From the NCBI GenBank assembly GCA_043228905.1, contig JBHGNT010000016.1, positions 15,128,001-15,192,000 of the forward strand: a stretch of 64,000 nt of DNA. Direction: 5' to 3'. Position 1 is the stretch's first letter; each line of letters opens with the position of its first letter. Below are positions 38,815 through 52,322 of this stretch, piece after piece. The position numbers and the translations under genes were made by a program. The notes below the pieces were generated by a model. That model saw only the letters and a program-made list of their open reading frames with translations, had not been told where the DNA came from and did no database searches. This stretch comes from Azolla caroliniana. Taxonomy: Eukaryota; Plantae; Polypodiophyta.

Positions 38815-39262
38815 TGTTACCGATTAGGAACACGATCTAAGGTTAGTCCTTCGACCTAGACCTCCAAGTCACTGTGAAACAATGAACGGTGGCGTCTGTG
38901 CATAATACGTAGGGGAATGTTTCCTGTAACCTAGCAGTGTATAAGGGAGACGGCTACAACGGAACTCCTTAACAGTGGCTACACACTCACGTTGCTTACT
39001 TCTACACTCCCAGCTATTACAAGCACACAGTAGATTACCCGTAGCTATACACAGGTATCAGAGAAGATAGAATTCTATTACGATACGCTTCTTTACATTC
39101 CAAAATTACACGCTACCTCTATCAGAGCTTTTCTGCCCTTTATATACGCAGGGTCTATTTAGCCGTTCACGCTTCCTGCGTGAACCGTTACATGCATTAC
39201 AATCTTATATTCTTTCTTATTCCTACGCTCTTGTCCGTCGGTTACTATTCCGGCGGACAACA
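38815..39262 (-). repeat. 5' LTR of host Gypsy
   Basis: Matches 14723-15171; followed on the minus strand by CTTT-TGGCACGCTTGGT (PBS). Confidence 0.95.
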
Positions 39263-42200
39263 TCTTCTCACCTCTAGCAATAAGCATGCTCATGCATGCT
39301 ATACGATTTTCATAGCTATGCCATTATTGAGATTAGCATGCTTTCGACATGGTTCCAATGTGTCCTATGAACTCCTTCATTCAAGCAATCCTGTCGAAAT
39401 GATAATGACTAACAAGATAAGATCTATGATTTCTAAAATTCTCGACACCCCAACTATCGTTGTTTAGGTTTTACACTAAGTCAAGAATTCCTTGAGGGTA
39501 TGCATGATATGTGTCGTCGTTATGAGCATTAAATTTTCATCACGGCATGTGATGGTGAGATATTTTATATCCTTGAACCGTGGTGTTGTTTTGTTTTTAA
39601 TTAACTTCTCAAATAATTAAATTTTTATTACAAAACTCCATAATTGGCCTACTATGTCGGAGGTGTTGGTCTGTATCTCGAGGATGATTTTCCCTGGTCG
39701 CCACTTGTTGGCATTTGCCAAAACGGTTCTACTTAAGCTCTTAGCGTTTGTCCTATAGGTTTTCTGGCTCCCGTTGATTATTCCTTAGTATAGGCATTTG
39801 TGTTGTCCCTACTCTTCTTTCGTCTAATGAATGTATTCGATAGTGGTGCGCCTATGTAGGGTTTAAATGGGAACTCATTCACCCATTTCAGTACCTCGTC
39901 TCTAACTAATGTGCCCAACTAATATGTACTGTTAAATTCGCTGATTATCCAAATGAATACGGTCCAATCCACCGAAACCTTAATTTCCTCGGCATTAAGG
40001 CAATCTGGGTATGGAATACTAACACAACTTTGTCGATTTCGAATAATTTCTCGTTACCCTTGCGATGCCGATCCACAAATGTCTTTCGTTGACAGTGGCT
40101 CTCTTGTATATGCCATATAGTTTTTAAACAGTCTTCCTCTGCCATATAGAGTGCTAATTTCGACCAAGTAGCAATGGGGAATGTGTAGGTAAACATATGT
40201 ATATGCAAAGACCTTCAACTTGGATCAATTACCATAACATAAGTATGAAATGGACGTAAAAGGAAAGAAACTAGATTACTATGTATTTTATGGACCTCAA
40301 CTACTCCATTGATTACTACAAAGAAGAGGAAATTTGTTTGCTAATCATATGATCATTGAGAAGTTGTCCCACATAGTAAGGTAGGGGAGGGCCATGGCTA
40401 TAAAATGGAAAGGTGGATGAAACATTCGAAATTTATCTTTGCACTTGGGGTAATGACGTAGTTAGTGAGGGCTTCCTGAGACGCGTCAATTGCTGGTTGA
40501 AAACTTTTTCCAACCCCCCTCCTTGGCTTTTGAAAGAGAGCCTTGGAGAATTTTTGTAAAGTCCCCTTCCCCAAATCTTTGGAGTGGTGGGCCTAGAAAA
40601 TCAAAACCCTACAAAATATGTATGTGTATGTGTACATAATAACACTAACAAATATTTATGTGTATGTGTTCATTATGAGTATATACATAATCTTGCCGTA
40701 GGACGCATGTTTTTGTCTTTTTCTTTGTTGTTAAAGATATCCAATCATCAGTATAAAGCAATTTACATTGTTTCCATTCTCAAGTGATTAGTGGATTGAA
40801 CAACCCTCTTGGTGGCTGAAACTGCCAAAAAGGATTACCACCTTTGGAGGAAATAAGTGTAATAGCTCTCCATTGAGTAAGAAACTAATGGTGATGAGCA
40901 ACTTTTGCTTCAGAATCTCTAATAAGACAATCTCCTTGTCCTTATAAAGTATGCATCATGTCTAGCCAAATATTACGTACCATTTCAACTGGTGAGGCTC
41001 TAGCTTGATGGAAAGTATTAGACCAAGAAGCCTTTCAGATGTAATATATAGTAATATTACACAATAACTCCCATAATGGTGGCATCTCCTTCCTTCTTCC
41101 TAAAAGTTGCATGCACAATAAAAGGAAATACACAAACTATTCCGAAATTATTGCTAAAACATGGTCCATAAACTTAGCATCAGAGTGTAAAATAGTGCTT
41201 ACAAGCAAACACTTACTAATTCACTTTATTTGTGAGTTTTGGTTTAACTTCTGCTCATCAAGTTCAAATTCAAGACGTGGTTTGGATCCATTAGGACCGC
41301 AAAGAAGCAAAGCGTTGGCTCCTATGTTTCCCAAATATGCTAAAATGGGTGATGCAAGGACATGCTTTCATTTTGACATATCACATTTTGCTATGTTGTA
41401 ATAGCACCACCAATTTCTATATTTTTCCATTATTTGCTTCGATTTAGGTTAGGTTGGTTACCCGTGCTGATAGACTATGCTGAAGAATGATCGTATATGG
41501 GAGTTCACAAACTCTACTTCTTTTTAAAGATCCATTATGAATACTTTATATTTTTTAAGAATGGTGTGTCGTTGGGCATACACAAGAATCATATCAAGCA
41601 TTTAGTGATTCAATTATGATGGAAAAAGTAGCGTCAGAATTCAAATTGACCAACAAACACAACAGAATGAAATAGTTTTCTTTTAACTTTCAAGCTTCAT
41701 AGTTTATAAATATGGGAATGCAAATACAAAAACTCCCTGTTGCATTTAGGGCTACCAATCTTACAAAATGATTTACAATATCAAGATCTAAAATTTAATC
41801 ACTGTCACGGGGGAATCACCAAAGCATCAAGTTTATAACAAACTTGGTACTGAGTCAAAAACGTGATCACCATTCACATGAAAGAAAAAATAAATTGACA
41901 TCAGTGGTGTCTAAAGCCTGTCTCCTTCAAATTACATCGTAATCAAACCACCCTCCATAGTACTATTTGCTATCCTACTTCTACCTACATGTGCTCGCGC
42001 ATACCCTGAAGAAGAAAGAAGAAGGTTTACCTATATATGTGAGTAGTGCATGAGATTGATGGAGAAGACAACATTTCCACAAATGATAAAAGTAGGGCTA
42101 TGTTGCCCGTAAAGATCAACGTTTTCTCAAGCTTCCTCCTTACATTTTTGTCGCTCTATGTCTCTTGAATTTTTATTCTCTCTAGTTATCGAAGGAAAAG

Positions 42201-42402
42201 TCTCCTATATTTCTATAACTTCAACATCCCCACACCAAGAAATTTGTTTGCTTTCATGTGAGACGATAACAAATTGACCATTTCATTGTTAAGAGAATCA
42301 ATTCACATAGATATCATCTCCTTTATGGCCTAAGGTAAAACCCTAATTTGTCCTCATCACATTTGTGGGCCTTGCGCATGTATCAATGTATTTACATCCA
42401 TC

Positions 42403-42436
<34 letters not shown>

Positions 42437-43122
42437 CCACACACACTCACACACACACATCCATTTGTACAATACACACACAATTCACATCCCACACAAA
42501 TCTTTTATTTAGGTTTAGGTTTAGGCTCGAATAAAATGTTTGATATCTCAATCATGACATTAGTGCGCACCCTCACAAAGTGTCCCATGGTTTTTCAATG
42601 TTCCGGCTTTTCACTGCCAACTGTTTCTCGACATCCAAAATATTGTTTTGTTTAGGTTTTATAGTTTGAGAATTCCCTTACGGTATGTGATATGTCTAAT
42701 CATGACATCCTTTGAATTTGGAATGTTTATAACCTCAGTTGTTGTAAGTATTCTTGATAGACTTCGATTCAATTATATGAGCAATATAACACGTTACTAT
42801 AAGTTAGTATGTGTATGTGTATGTATATGTTTATGTATCTATGTGTACGACACACAAAATTCACATCCAACCCATATATATGTCTTCTCACCCCCCTCCT
42901 TGAAAACTATGTCTTTGATCAAGCAGAAGTTCTGGCTTTCCACCGCAACTGTTTCTCGACATCCAAAATATTGTTTTGTTTAGGTTTTATAGTTCGAGAA
43001 TTCCCTTAGGGTATGTGATATGTCTAAGCATGATATCCTCTGAATTTGGAATGTTTATAACCTCAGTTGTTGTAAATATTCCTGATGGACTCCGATTCAC
43101 TTAAATCAACAATATAACACGT

Positions 43123-44123
43123 TGTCGTGAAGATCCGTTACTACGCGCGGATCGTGAGGCGGAACCGCAGGGGTTCTGGACCGGAAGGATTCAAAGTCGG
43201 TACAAGCTTTGGCGAGAAAGTACTTAAGATAGATTGGGAAAGAGAGAAGTTGAGATTAAACGATTGAGAGAGATTGATTGAACTTTTATCTTTGGATTTA
43301 GGAAACAAGTTACACCATCAATTTGATAACGAATTTCTTCTTCTTAATTTCATAAAAAAAACGTGTGTTTTCTCCTCCCCCTTCCTTCTTTTATAGATGC
43401 TCTCATGCATATGATGCATGTGAGGGTACAAGACATGCATAAATTGCACGTTTGCCATTTGGCGCTTATGTATTACATGTGGTGCATGATAACCATGTCA
43501 CTCATTTTAGCTCTTATGTATGAGAATTTACATGTAAAAGTACGATGATAGAAATATAATTTTAACTAAATACCATGGCTTAATGGTAAGCCAATTGATT
43601 CCTAACTTGGAGGTGCAAGGTTCGAATCTTTCCTTGCCCTCCTTGTATATGAATATTTATATATTTATTTATCTAGTCGCCGGACGCTGGTTCGCCGGAT
43701 ACCGGTGCCGCCACATCATCGGCTCTATCGCCGGTCCGATTTTGGTTGGCCAAAACCCTTTACGAGTAGCTAGCCCACCTCCACTCTTAGTTCAAGTTAC
43801 CTTGAACTCTCTATGCTCCACACATAGACACAAAGATAATATCTTTTGCTCCACCTTATATATGATGAGAGCCGTATTTGTCGTGCCTATGTGGGATATC
43901 TCACAATTTTCTCTTTTCCTTTCACAAACTTTATACCCTCATATCTTGACATTTAGTTGTCTGTTTCTCGTGTAATAAAGTGCATTCGAAACCTCCATCA
44001 TTTTGTACTTAGATATTAAATTTATTTAAAATGTTATCTTCACAATTATTGTATTATGTGATTCATACTCGATTTCGTACGTTTTATGGGATTTTCACAC
44101 TATTGCCGAAAATCTTCACGACA
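43123..44123 (-). mobile_element. Solo LTR (~1.0 kb) of a Gypsy family related to the element at 52323
   Basis: 12-bp inverted termini TGTCGTGAAGAT / ATCTTCACGACA; 4-bp TSD ACGT/ACAT; absent from duplicate copy 1 (~14238). Confidence 0.85.
43570..43640 (+). pseudogene. Decayed tRNA-like sequence (A and B boxes) inside the solo LTR
   Basis: TGGCTTAATGGTAAGCC (D arm), TTCCTAA loop and GGTTCGAATC (T loop); the acceptor stem does not pair. Confidence 0.45.
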
Positions 44124-47100
44124 ACATTACTACAAATTTGTATGTGTATGTGAATGTATCTATGTGTACGGGACACACAATTCACATCCCACCATTATCT
44201 ATTATTTAGGTTCAAGTTTAGTCTCCAACAAAATGTTTGGTATCTCAATCATGGCATTTGTGCGCACACTGACGATGTTTCCCACATTGTGAGGCATGGG
44301 ATGGCCATGGTTATAAACGAGAAAGGGGAGCAAACAATCAAATCATCTTTGCGCTTGGGGCAATGACGTAGTTAGTGAGGGCTTCCCGAGACGCGTTAAT
44401 TGCTGGTTGAAAACTATTTCGAACCCCCCTCCTTGGCTCTTGAAAGAGAGCCTTGGAGAATTTTTGGAAAGGCCCCCTACCTCTTTGGAGGGGTGGGCCT
44501 AGAAAACACCGTAACACAAACATTGAAAAAAGAATTAGTTGCCTTGTTTTGATGAACATAAGTTTCGTCCTTGTTTGGTCTTTCATGCCAGTTATTTTGT
44601 GTTTGTCTTCTCACCTCTAGCAATAAGCATGCTCATGCATGCTATACGACTTTCATAGCTATGCCATTATTGAGATTAGCATGCTTTCGACATAGTCATG
44701 GTTCCAATGTGTCCTAAGAACTCCTTTATTCAAGCAATCATGTCGAAATGATAATGTCTAACAAAATAGTATCTATGATTTCTAAAATTCTTGACATCCA
44801 AACTATCGCTGTTTAGGTTTTACACTAAGTCGAGAATTCCTTGAGGGTATGCATGATATGTGTTGTCGTTATGAGCATTAATTTTTCATCACGGCATGTG
44901 ATGGTGAGAGATTTTATATCCCTGAACAATGGTGTTGTTTTATTTTTAATTAAATTTTTAAATAATTAAATTTTTATTACAAAACTCCATAATTGGCCTA
45001 CTCCGTCGGACGTGCCGGTCCGTATCTCAAGGATGATTCTCCCCGGTAGCCACTTGTTGGCATTTGCCAAAACAATTTAGCTTCAGGGCTTAGCATTCGT
45101 TCTTTAGGTTTTCCGGCTCACGCAGATTCTTCCTTAGCGTAGTCTTTTGTGTTGTCTCGATTCTTCATTCATTCGGCGAATGGATTTGATAGTGGTGGCC
45201 TTATGTAGGATTTGAGTGTGAACCCATTCACCCATTTCGGTACCTCGTCTCTAGCTAATGTCCCCAACTGATATGTACCGTTCAATTCGTGATTATCCAA
45301 ATGAATACGGTCTAGTCCACGGAAACGTTAATTTCCTCGGCATTAACCCTATTTGGGTATGGAATACTAACACTACTATTTCAATTCTGAACAATTTCTC
45401 CTTACCCTTGAGATGCCGATCCACAAATGCGTTTCACTGATAGTGGGTCTCATGTAGCTAGCATATGGTTTTTAATAATTCTTCCTCTGGCTCCAACAAT
45501 TTGTCTAGTCGGCACTGTTTGCACTTGTTCTTTGGCAATCTATCCGTATCTCATTGACGATTTTCAATAAAATATTCTGAAGTGTTTTATTTTCCACTAG
45601 TCTGTTCGCCTATGGATAGTAGGAAGTGTTCTTCTCGTGTATGATGGCATAATATACCCTCAGGCCTTCTACAACTTGGTTAATAAAACGACAATCAAGC
45701 ATTTGAACCGTAAGCAAAGGTTTTCATACACGAACTTTGGTGTGGAAAGTGCCATGTTATCCCAGAGTGCCCTTGCCTCTACCCACTTCGTACAATTATA
45801 TGTAAGACAATTTTATACGTGTTCCCTGTTCTGGTCGCTGCTTGTTTGAACGGCCCGACGAAGTCTATTCCCAACTTCTGGAATGGCTCTAGTGGTAGGA
45901 TCGGATGATGCAATATCCTTGCATGTGTTGTTTGTTGACCCATCCACTAGCATAGATCACACTCGCAATAGTGGTTTACGACGTCCTTCTGCGTCGTTGG
46001 CCAGCAAAGGCCGCTTTGTCAAACCTTCTGAGCTGTGACATTCCCTGCGTAGTGTTGACTGGCTACTCTAGAATGTGCTTACCTTAGTACTGCCAACTTC
46101 TTGTCACTCCAAACGCACCGCCTCCAAATGCGTTCTGCGCCTCTGTGGTATAATATGTCTTTGATCAAGCAGAAGTTCCGTCTTTTCACCGCCAACTATT
46201 TCTCTACATCTAAAATATTGTTTTGTTTAGGTTTTACAGTTCGAGAATTCCCTTATGGTATGTGATATGTGTAAGCATAATATCCTCTGAATTTGGAATG
46301 TTTATAACCTCAGTTGTTGTAAATATTCCTGATGGACTCCGATTCACTTAAATCAACAATATAACACGGTACTACAAATTTGTATGTGTATGTGAATGTA
46401 TCTATGTGTATGGGACACAACTCACATCCCACCATTATCTATTATTTAGGTTCAGGTTTAGTCTCCAACATAATTGGCCTACTATGTTGGAGGTGCTAGT
46501 CCGTATCTCGAGGATGATTCTCCCCGGTCACCACATGTTGGCATTTGCCAAACCGGTTTTGCTGAAGCTCTTAGTGTTCGTCCTATAGGTTTTCTGGCTC
46601 GCGCCGATTATTCCTTAGTGTAGTCATTTGTGTTGTCCCTACTCTCCTTTCGTTTGACGAATGTATTCGATAGTGGGGGGCCTATGTAGGGTTTGAGTGT
46701 GAACCCATTCACCCATTTCGGTACCTCGTCTGTAGCTAATGTGCCCAACTAATATGTACTGTTAAATTTATCGATTATCCAAATGAATACGGTCTAATCC
46801 ACCGAAACCTTAATTTCCTTGGCATTAAAGTGACCTGGGTATGGAATACTAACACAACTTTGTCGATTCCGAATAATTTCTCGTTACCCTTGCGATGCCG
46901 ATTGACAAATGGCTTTCGTTGGTAGTGGCTCTCGTGTATCTGCCATATAGTTTTTAAATAGTCTTCCTCTAGTTCCAACAATTTCTTCAGTCGGCACTGT
47001 TTGAACTTCTTCTTGCGTAGTTGCACGGAGATCTATACCCGGAGACTCTAGATTTGAAACTCTATGAGCATTACTACCTCCAATTCGAATGCCATCCGGA

Positions 47101-49005
47101 ATGGGGTTGACTGGATGTTTGTCTTATAAGTGGTCCGGTTTGCCTACAACGCGCTTTGTAGCTTCGAATTCCAACTTGTCTGGTTCTTATTGGTTATTTT
47201 GTTTAAAATATTTTGAATTGTTTTATTTGCGACTAATCCATTCGCCTATCTATAGTATGAAGTCTTCTTCTCGTGTATGATGGCATACTATAGCCTTTGA
47301 CCTTCCACAACTTGGTTAATAAAATGTTCGCCTTGATTGTTGATGAGCTCAATCAAGCATTTGAACTGGCACCAAATGTTTTCATACAAGAACTTTGCTA
47401 TGGAAACTGCCATGTTATCCCAAAGTGCTTTCGCCTCTACCTAGTTCGTACATTAATAGGTAGCGATAGTTATATACTTCTTCCCTGTTCTGGCCGCTCC
47501 TAGTTTGTACAACCTGACGAAGTCTATTCCCCACTTCTGGAATGGCTCTAATGGTAGGATCGGTTGATTCAAAATCCTTGCTTGGGTTGTCTGTTGACCC
47601 ATCCACTAACATAGATCACACTCTCGACAGTGCTTTACCGTGTCCTTCTGCATCGTTGGCCACCAAAGGCCGCGTTGCCAAACCTTCTGGGCAGTGTCAT
47701 TCCCTGCGTAGTGTCAACCGACTACTTCGGAATGTGCTTCCCTTATTACTACCGACTTCTTGTCACTCCAAATGCACCGCCTCCAAATGCCTTCTGCTTC
47801 TTTGTGGTATAGTATGCCGTTGATCAAGCAGAAGTTCCGACTTTTCACCGCCAACTGCTTCTCGACATCCAAAATATTGTTTTGTTTAGGTTTTACAGTT
47901 TGAGAATCCCTGACGGTATGTGATATGTCTAATCATGACATCCTTTGAATTTGGAATGTTTATAACATCAGTTGTTGTAAATATTCCTGATGGACTCCGA
48001 TTCACTTAAATGAGCAATATAACACGTTACTACAGGTTTGTATGTGTATGTATATGTTTATGTATCTATGTGTACAACACACAAAATTCACATCCCACCC
48101 ATATCTATTATTTAGGTTTAGGTTTTGTCTCCAACAAAACGTTTGGTATTTTAATCATGCCATTAGTGCGCACACTGACAACGTGTCCCACATCGTGAGG
48201 CATGGGATGGCCATGGCTATAAAAGAGAAAGGGGAGCATATGGGCAAATCATCTTTGCGCTTGGGGCAATGACGTAGTTAGTGAAGGCTTCCTGAGACGC
48301 GTCAATTGCTGGTTGAAAACTATTTCCAACCCCCGTCCTTGGCTCTTGAAATAGAGCCTTGGAGAATTTTTGGAAAGGCCCCCCAGTTCTTTGGAGGGGT
48401 GGGCCTAGAAGAAAATGTAACACAAACATTGAAAAAAGAATTAGTTGCCTTGTTTTGATGAACATAAATTCCGTCCTTGTTAGGTCTTTCACGTAAGTTG
48501 TTTTGTGTTCGTCTTCTCACCTCTAGCAATAACCACGTTTATGCATTCTATACGATTTTCATAGCTATGCCATAATTGAGATTAGCCTGCTTTCGACATA
48601 GTTATGGTTCCAATTTGTCCCAAGAACTCCTTCATTCAAGAAATCACGTCGAAATGATAAAGACTAATAAGATAGGATCTATGATTTCTAAAATTCTCGA
48701 AATCCAAACTATCGCGGTTTAGGTTTTACACTAAGTCAAGAATTCCTTGAGGGTATGCATGTCAAGTGTGAACATTAAGGAGAATAGCTACGTTCTTATC
48801 AAGGGAGGCTTGACTTATGTTGAGACTTTGACAGTGTGGCTTTGAGTCTTTGTTAGCTAACCACATGCATTCATCGCAAAACCCAAGGTAAGACTCGTAT
48901 CAACCATTAATGGTAAGGGATATAAAGGAGGTACAGGTCCATCTCACGTCGTTGTTAAGGGGTGGTCAGGTGGTTTGGTACCCCCTCTTTCCTTTCATTG
49001 ATCTA

Positions 49006-49485
49006 TGTTGAGAATCAACCTTAACATAGCACAACGTGTGAACACACCTTTTGAGAATCCATGATTACTCAAAGGTCAAGAGTCACACCACTACTCTCTA
49101 CACATTAACTATGTGTCATAGAATCATATTCTATGACACATAACTAATGAGTTACATATTCCCCATGACTATGAGTCTTCACATTCCCCAAGAGAGAGAG
49201 CGGTTGTTGTAGTTAATTAATGAAGAGAGAGGGTGACTATATATAAAGCACCCTCCTCACACTTTATACTAAGTCGGTTGTGACTCCTTGTAATGCTACA
49301 ATTTTGTATCTCCATTCCACTTGTGAAATATACACCTTCTTCTTAAGTATTTTATTTCTCTTGCTTATTTATCTTGTGTTCTCTTCTCTCCTCTATTTTT
49401 CTCTCTCTCTTTGTCACAGACACATAACACACATATCTATTCCGCCGCACAAGAATCACCATCGATTCTTTACATAGTATTAGAG
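49006..49485 (+). mobile_element. Copia-type 5' LTR (49006-49474) with decayed iMet PBS; internal region truncated
   Basis: Homologous to 2570-3836; followed by TAGTATTAGAG, a decayed TGGTATCAGAG. Confidence 0.8.
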
Positions 49486-49589
49486 TGATTTGGTAGCTCG
49501 ATCTAGCCCACTCGCCTCTTCGTGATCGTGTGTTGTGCTCTACGCTAATGTTCAAGAACAACCAGCTCATCGTTATCGTAGTACCACTA

Positions 49590-51034
49590 CATAGCTCGTA
49601 GCGCACTTATGCAGCTGACCGAACCCAAGTGGTACCGGTCGGTATACTATGCGAGCTAGAAACTGTCACAAGCGGAACAAAATTACTTCACAACGGAAAG
49701 AGAGGCCTTAGGGATGATTTTTAGTGTGACGAAGTTCCGGCACTATTTGTTGGGCCGTAAATTTTCATTTCACGTAGACCATTCCACACTTTTATACTTG
49801 GTCTCTAAGGCATCCCTCACAGGTAAGCTGGCCTGGTGGACATTGCTACTACAGGAATTCGAGTTCGAAATTTATCATCGACCGAGTATACAACACGCGG
49901 TTGCCGACTATTTGAGCCGGTTAGAAACCGGCGAGACCGGTGACGGCGTACCAGATGAATTTCCCGATGCCGAACTGTTTAAAATTACAACAGAAACCAC
50001 AACAGATAGTACAGTTCCGGACGAGGACAAATGGTTAACGAACATGCATTAGTTCTTAAGCATAGGACTACCTCCAGAAGAGATGAACAAAGACGAACGA
50101 AAACGATTGGCGGTCCAAAGCCGGCATTTTTGTTTATTACAGGACACCCTATACCACAAGGGAACCAATGGAATATGGCGGAGAGCGATGAAAAGGACAC
50201 CATATTACGGGAAGCACATTGCGGAGTCGCCGGAGGACACTATGCCGATGAAGCTACAACAAAAAAGATATGGCGCAATGTGCTATGGTGGCCAACGACA
50301 CTGAAAGGTTCGGTCTGATATACAAAGGAATGTGATTTGTGTAAACGAATGGGCCAACCGACAGAACAGGCGCGGATGCCTCACCAACCAGTACTACCCT
50401 TGGAACCATTAAAAAATGGGGGTTGGACTTTGTCGGACCGTTCAAGCTGCCAGCCATGCCAACCGGCAACAGATACGTCATTGTCACTACGGATTATTGC
50501 ACCAAGTGGGTAGAGGCCAAGGCTTTGCGAGACAATACCACGACATCAATGACAAAGTTCCTTTACGGGTACATCTGGTGCCGTTACGAATGTCCCATCG
50601 AATTAATTAGCAACTAGGGTGGACACTTCCTCGGTCAAGTACTGGAGAGCCTAACAACGTTCTACGCAGTAGTACACAAGAACAACACTCTGTACTACTC
50701 GTAGGCCAATGGACTAGCCGAGTCCACCAACAAGACACTACAGAACATCCTCCAGAAGATCGTCAACGAGAACTAGACCGATTGGGACACGAAGTTGCAT
50801 AGTGCATTATGGGCTTACCGGATGACGTATAAAACGAGCATCAGGACGACACCATTCTGGTTAGCGTTCGGACTAAAAGCAGTGATGCCGATTGAATTTC
50901 AAGTACCGAGCTTACGGATACAGGTCCGGGAGTGACTGAGTGAAAAGGAATCAGAGAAAATCCGATTGGCAGCACTATGTGAGTTGGAAGAGCATCGGAT
51001 AACGAGTATCATGTAGTTGGAACTGGAGCAGCGG
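49590..51034 (+). pseudogene. Degenerate Gypsy RNase H-integrase fragment, same family as 17153
   Basis: KFRHYLLGRKFSFHVDH and DFVGPFKLPA...TDYCTKWVEAKAL; many stops; cut at 51035 by an LTR insertion. Confidence 0.9.
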
Positions 51035-52322
51035 TGTCGGGAAAACACGACGAGGATACATGAACTTTGAGGCAGGACCTCGGGGCCTCCGACCGGAAGA
51101 TATCAGATTCGTATGATTATATTAAACAATTAATACAAAATGATAAAGATTCACAAATTTCATTAATAAAGGGAAAGAAAGATTACAATTAATCCCAAGA
51201 TTGGGATTACAAAAATTTGCTAATGGAGATGACTAGAGTAATAGATTAGAAGAAATTAAATATGGATTTAATTAGAATATTAGGGTTTTTAGCTTCAATT
51301 CGAAAATTAGGGTTTTTGAGTTATATGGCTTTGATTAGGAAATTAGGGTTTATGACTTCCGTAAGGAAATTTAGGGTTCTTGGCTTCGATAAGATAAGAG
51401 AGCTCCGAAAGAAAAGGAAAACAATTAAGATAATATGGAGAGTATGTCCCAGTGTAGGAAAAAAAATGGAATATATATGGAGTTCTCCCTTGATCATAGC
51501 CTTTCCACTTTTTGTTGCATGGCCTCTACTTTTAGTTGCTTAGCTTTTTCTTTTAGTTGCATGGCTTTTTCGTTTAGTTGCATGTGACCGTCCACATGAC
51601 CTTTACTTTTTGCATGCACTCCAACTTTAGTTGCTTGCGTCCACATGGCCTTTACTTTAGTTCTCTTCACTTTACTTTAGTTTGTTGCATGATCCAATCT
51701 TCCGTCCGTCCGCGTCCAACCTCGTCCGGTAGCCGGTTCCGCCCGATCGCCGAATCCCTCGCCGGCCGGTTCCATTTTGGTTGCCAGTTGCGGTTGCAGT
51801 TTTGGTTACCAGTTGGTTTCCAGTTTTGCTTGCTTGCCGGACAGTTCCGGTTCCAGTTTTGCTTGCCGGTTCCGGGTTTGCTTACCGGCCGGTTTCCGGT
51901 TTTTATTGCCGACCGGTTCCGGTTTGCTTGCCGGTTCCAGTTCCGGTTTTGCTTGCCGGCCGGTTCCGATGTCAGTTTGCTTGCCGGTTCCGGTTTTGCT
52001 TACTGGCCGGTTTCCGGTTTGCATACCGGCCATATTCGGGATTTGCTTACCGGACCGATTTCCAGATTTGCTTGCCGGTTCTAGTTCTGGTTTTGCTTAC
52101 CGGCCAGTTTCCAGTTTTAGGGAATTTGGCCAATCATCCATTAAGACAAAGTGGCCAAAGTGCTCTTAGCACAAATGAAAAATGAGGGAGCTCAAGGTGC
52201 TTATATAGCCAGGGCCTTAACTTTCCTATCTATGTGGGATAGTTCTAATTTCCCTATCTTCTCAAACTTTATTTTCACATAACTTGATATGTATTTCTCC
52301 ATTTTGTATATAGTAAAAACGT
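51035..52322 (-). mobile_element. LTR-like insertion (partial), itself interrupted at 52323
   Basis: Starts TGTCGGGAAAAC exactly where the integrase frame breaks; shares the GAGGCAGGACCTCGGGG...ACCGGAAG motif with the LTRs at 43123 and 52323. Confidence 0.65.
51730..52115. repeat. CCGG-rich degenerate tandem repeat (~19-26 bp units)
   Basis: Units like TTCCGGTTTTGCTTGCCGG. Confidence 0.85.

Larger units (their letters stand above)
14723..39262 (-). mobile_element. Full-length degenerate Ty3/Gypsy (non-chromovirus-like) host element carrying three nested insertions
   Basis: LTRs 14723-15171 and 38815-39262; TSD TCTTC; PBS TGGCACGCTTGGT; order gag-PR-RT-RH-INT-accessory ORF. The empty site is visible in the duplicated copies at ~44606 and ~48512. 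Confidence 0.95.
39660..48765. repeat. Tandem duplication copy 2 plus more diverged partial copies of the same modules
   Basis: Integrase-fragment modules at ~39660, 45000 and 46480; GACATCCAAAATATTGTTTTGTTTAGG modules at ~42630, 42958, 46205 and 47864; CTTTGCGCTTGGGGCAATGACGTAG modules at ~40437, 44347 and 48253. Confidence 0.88.
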
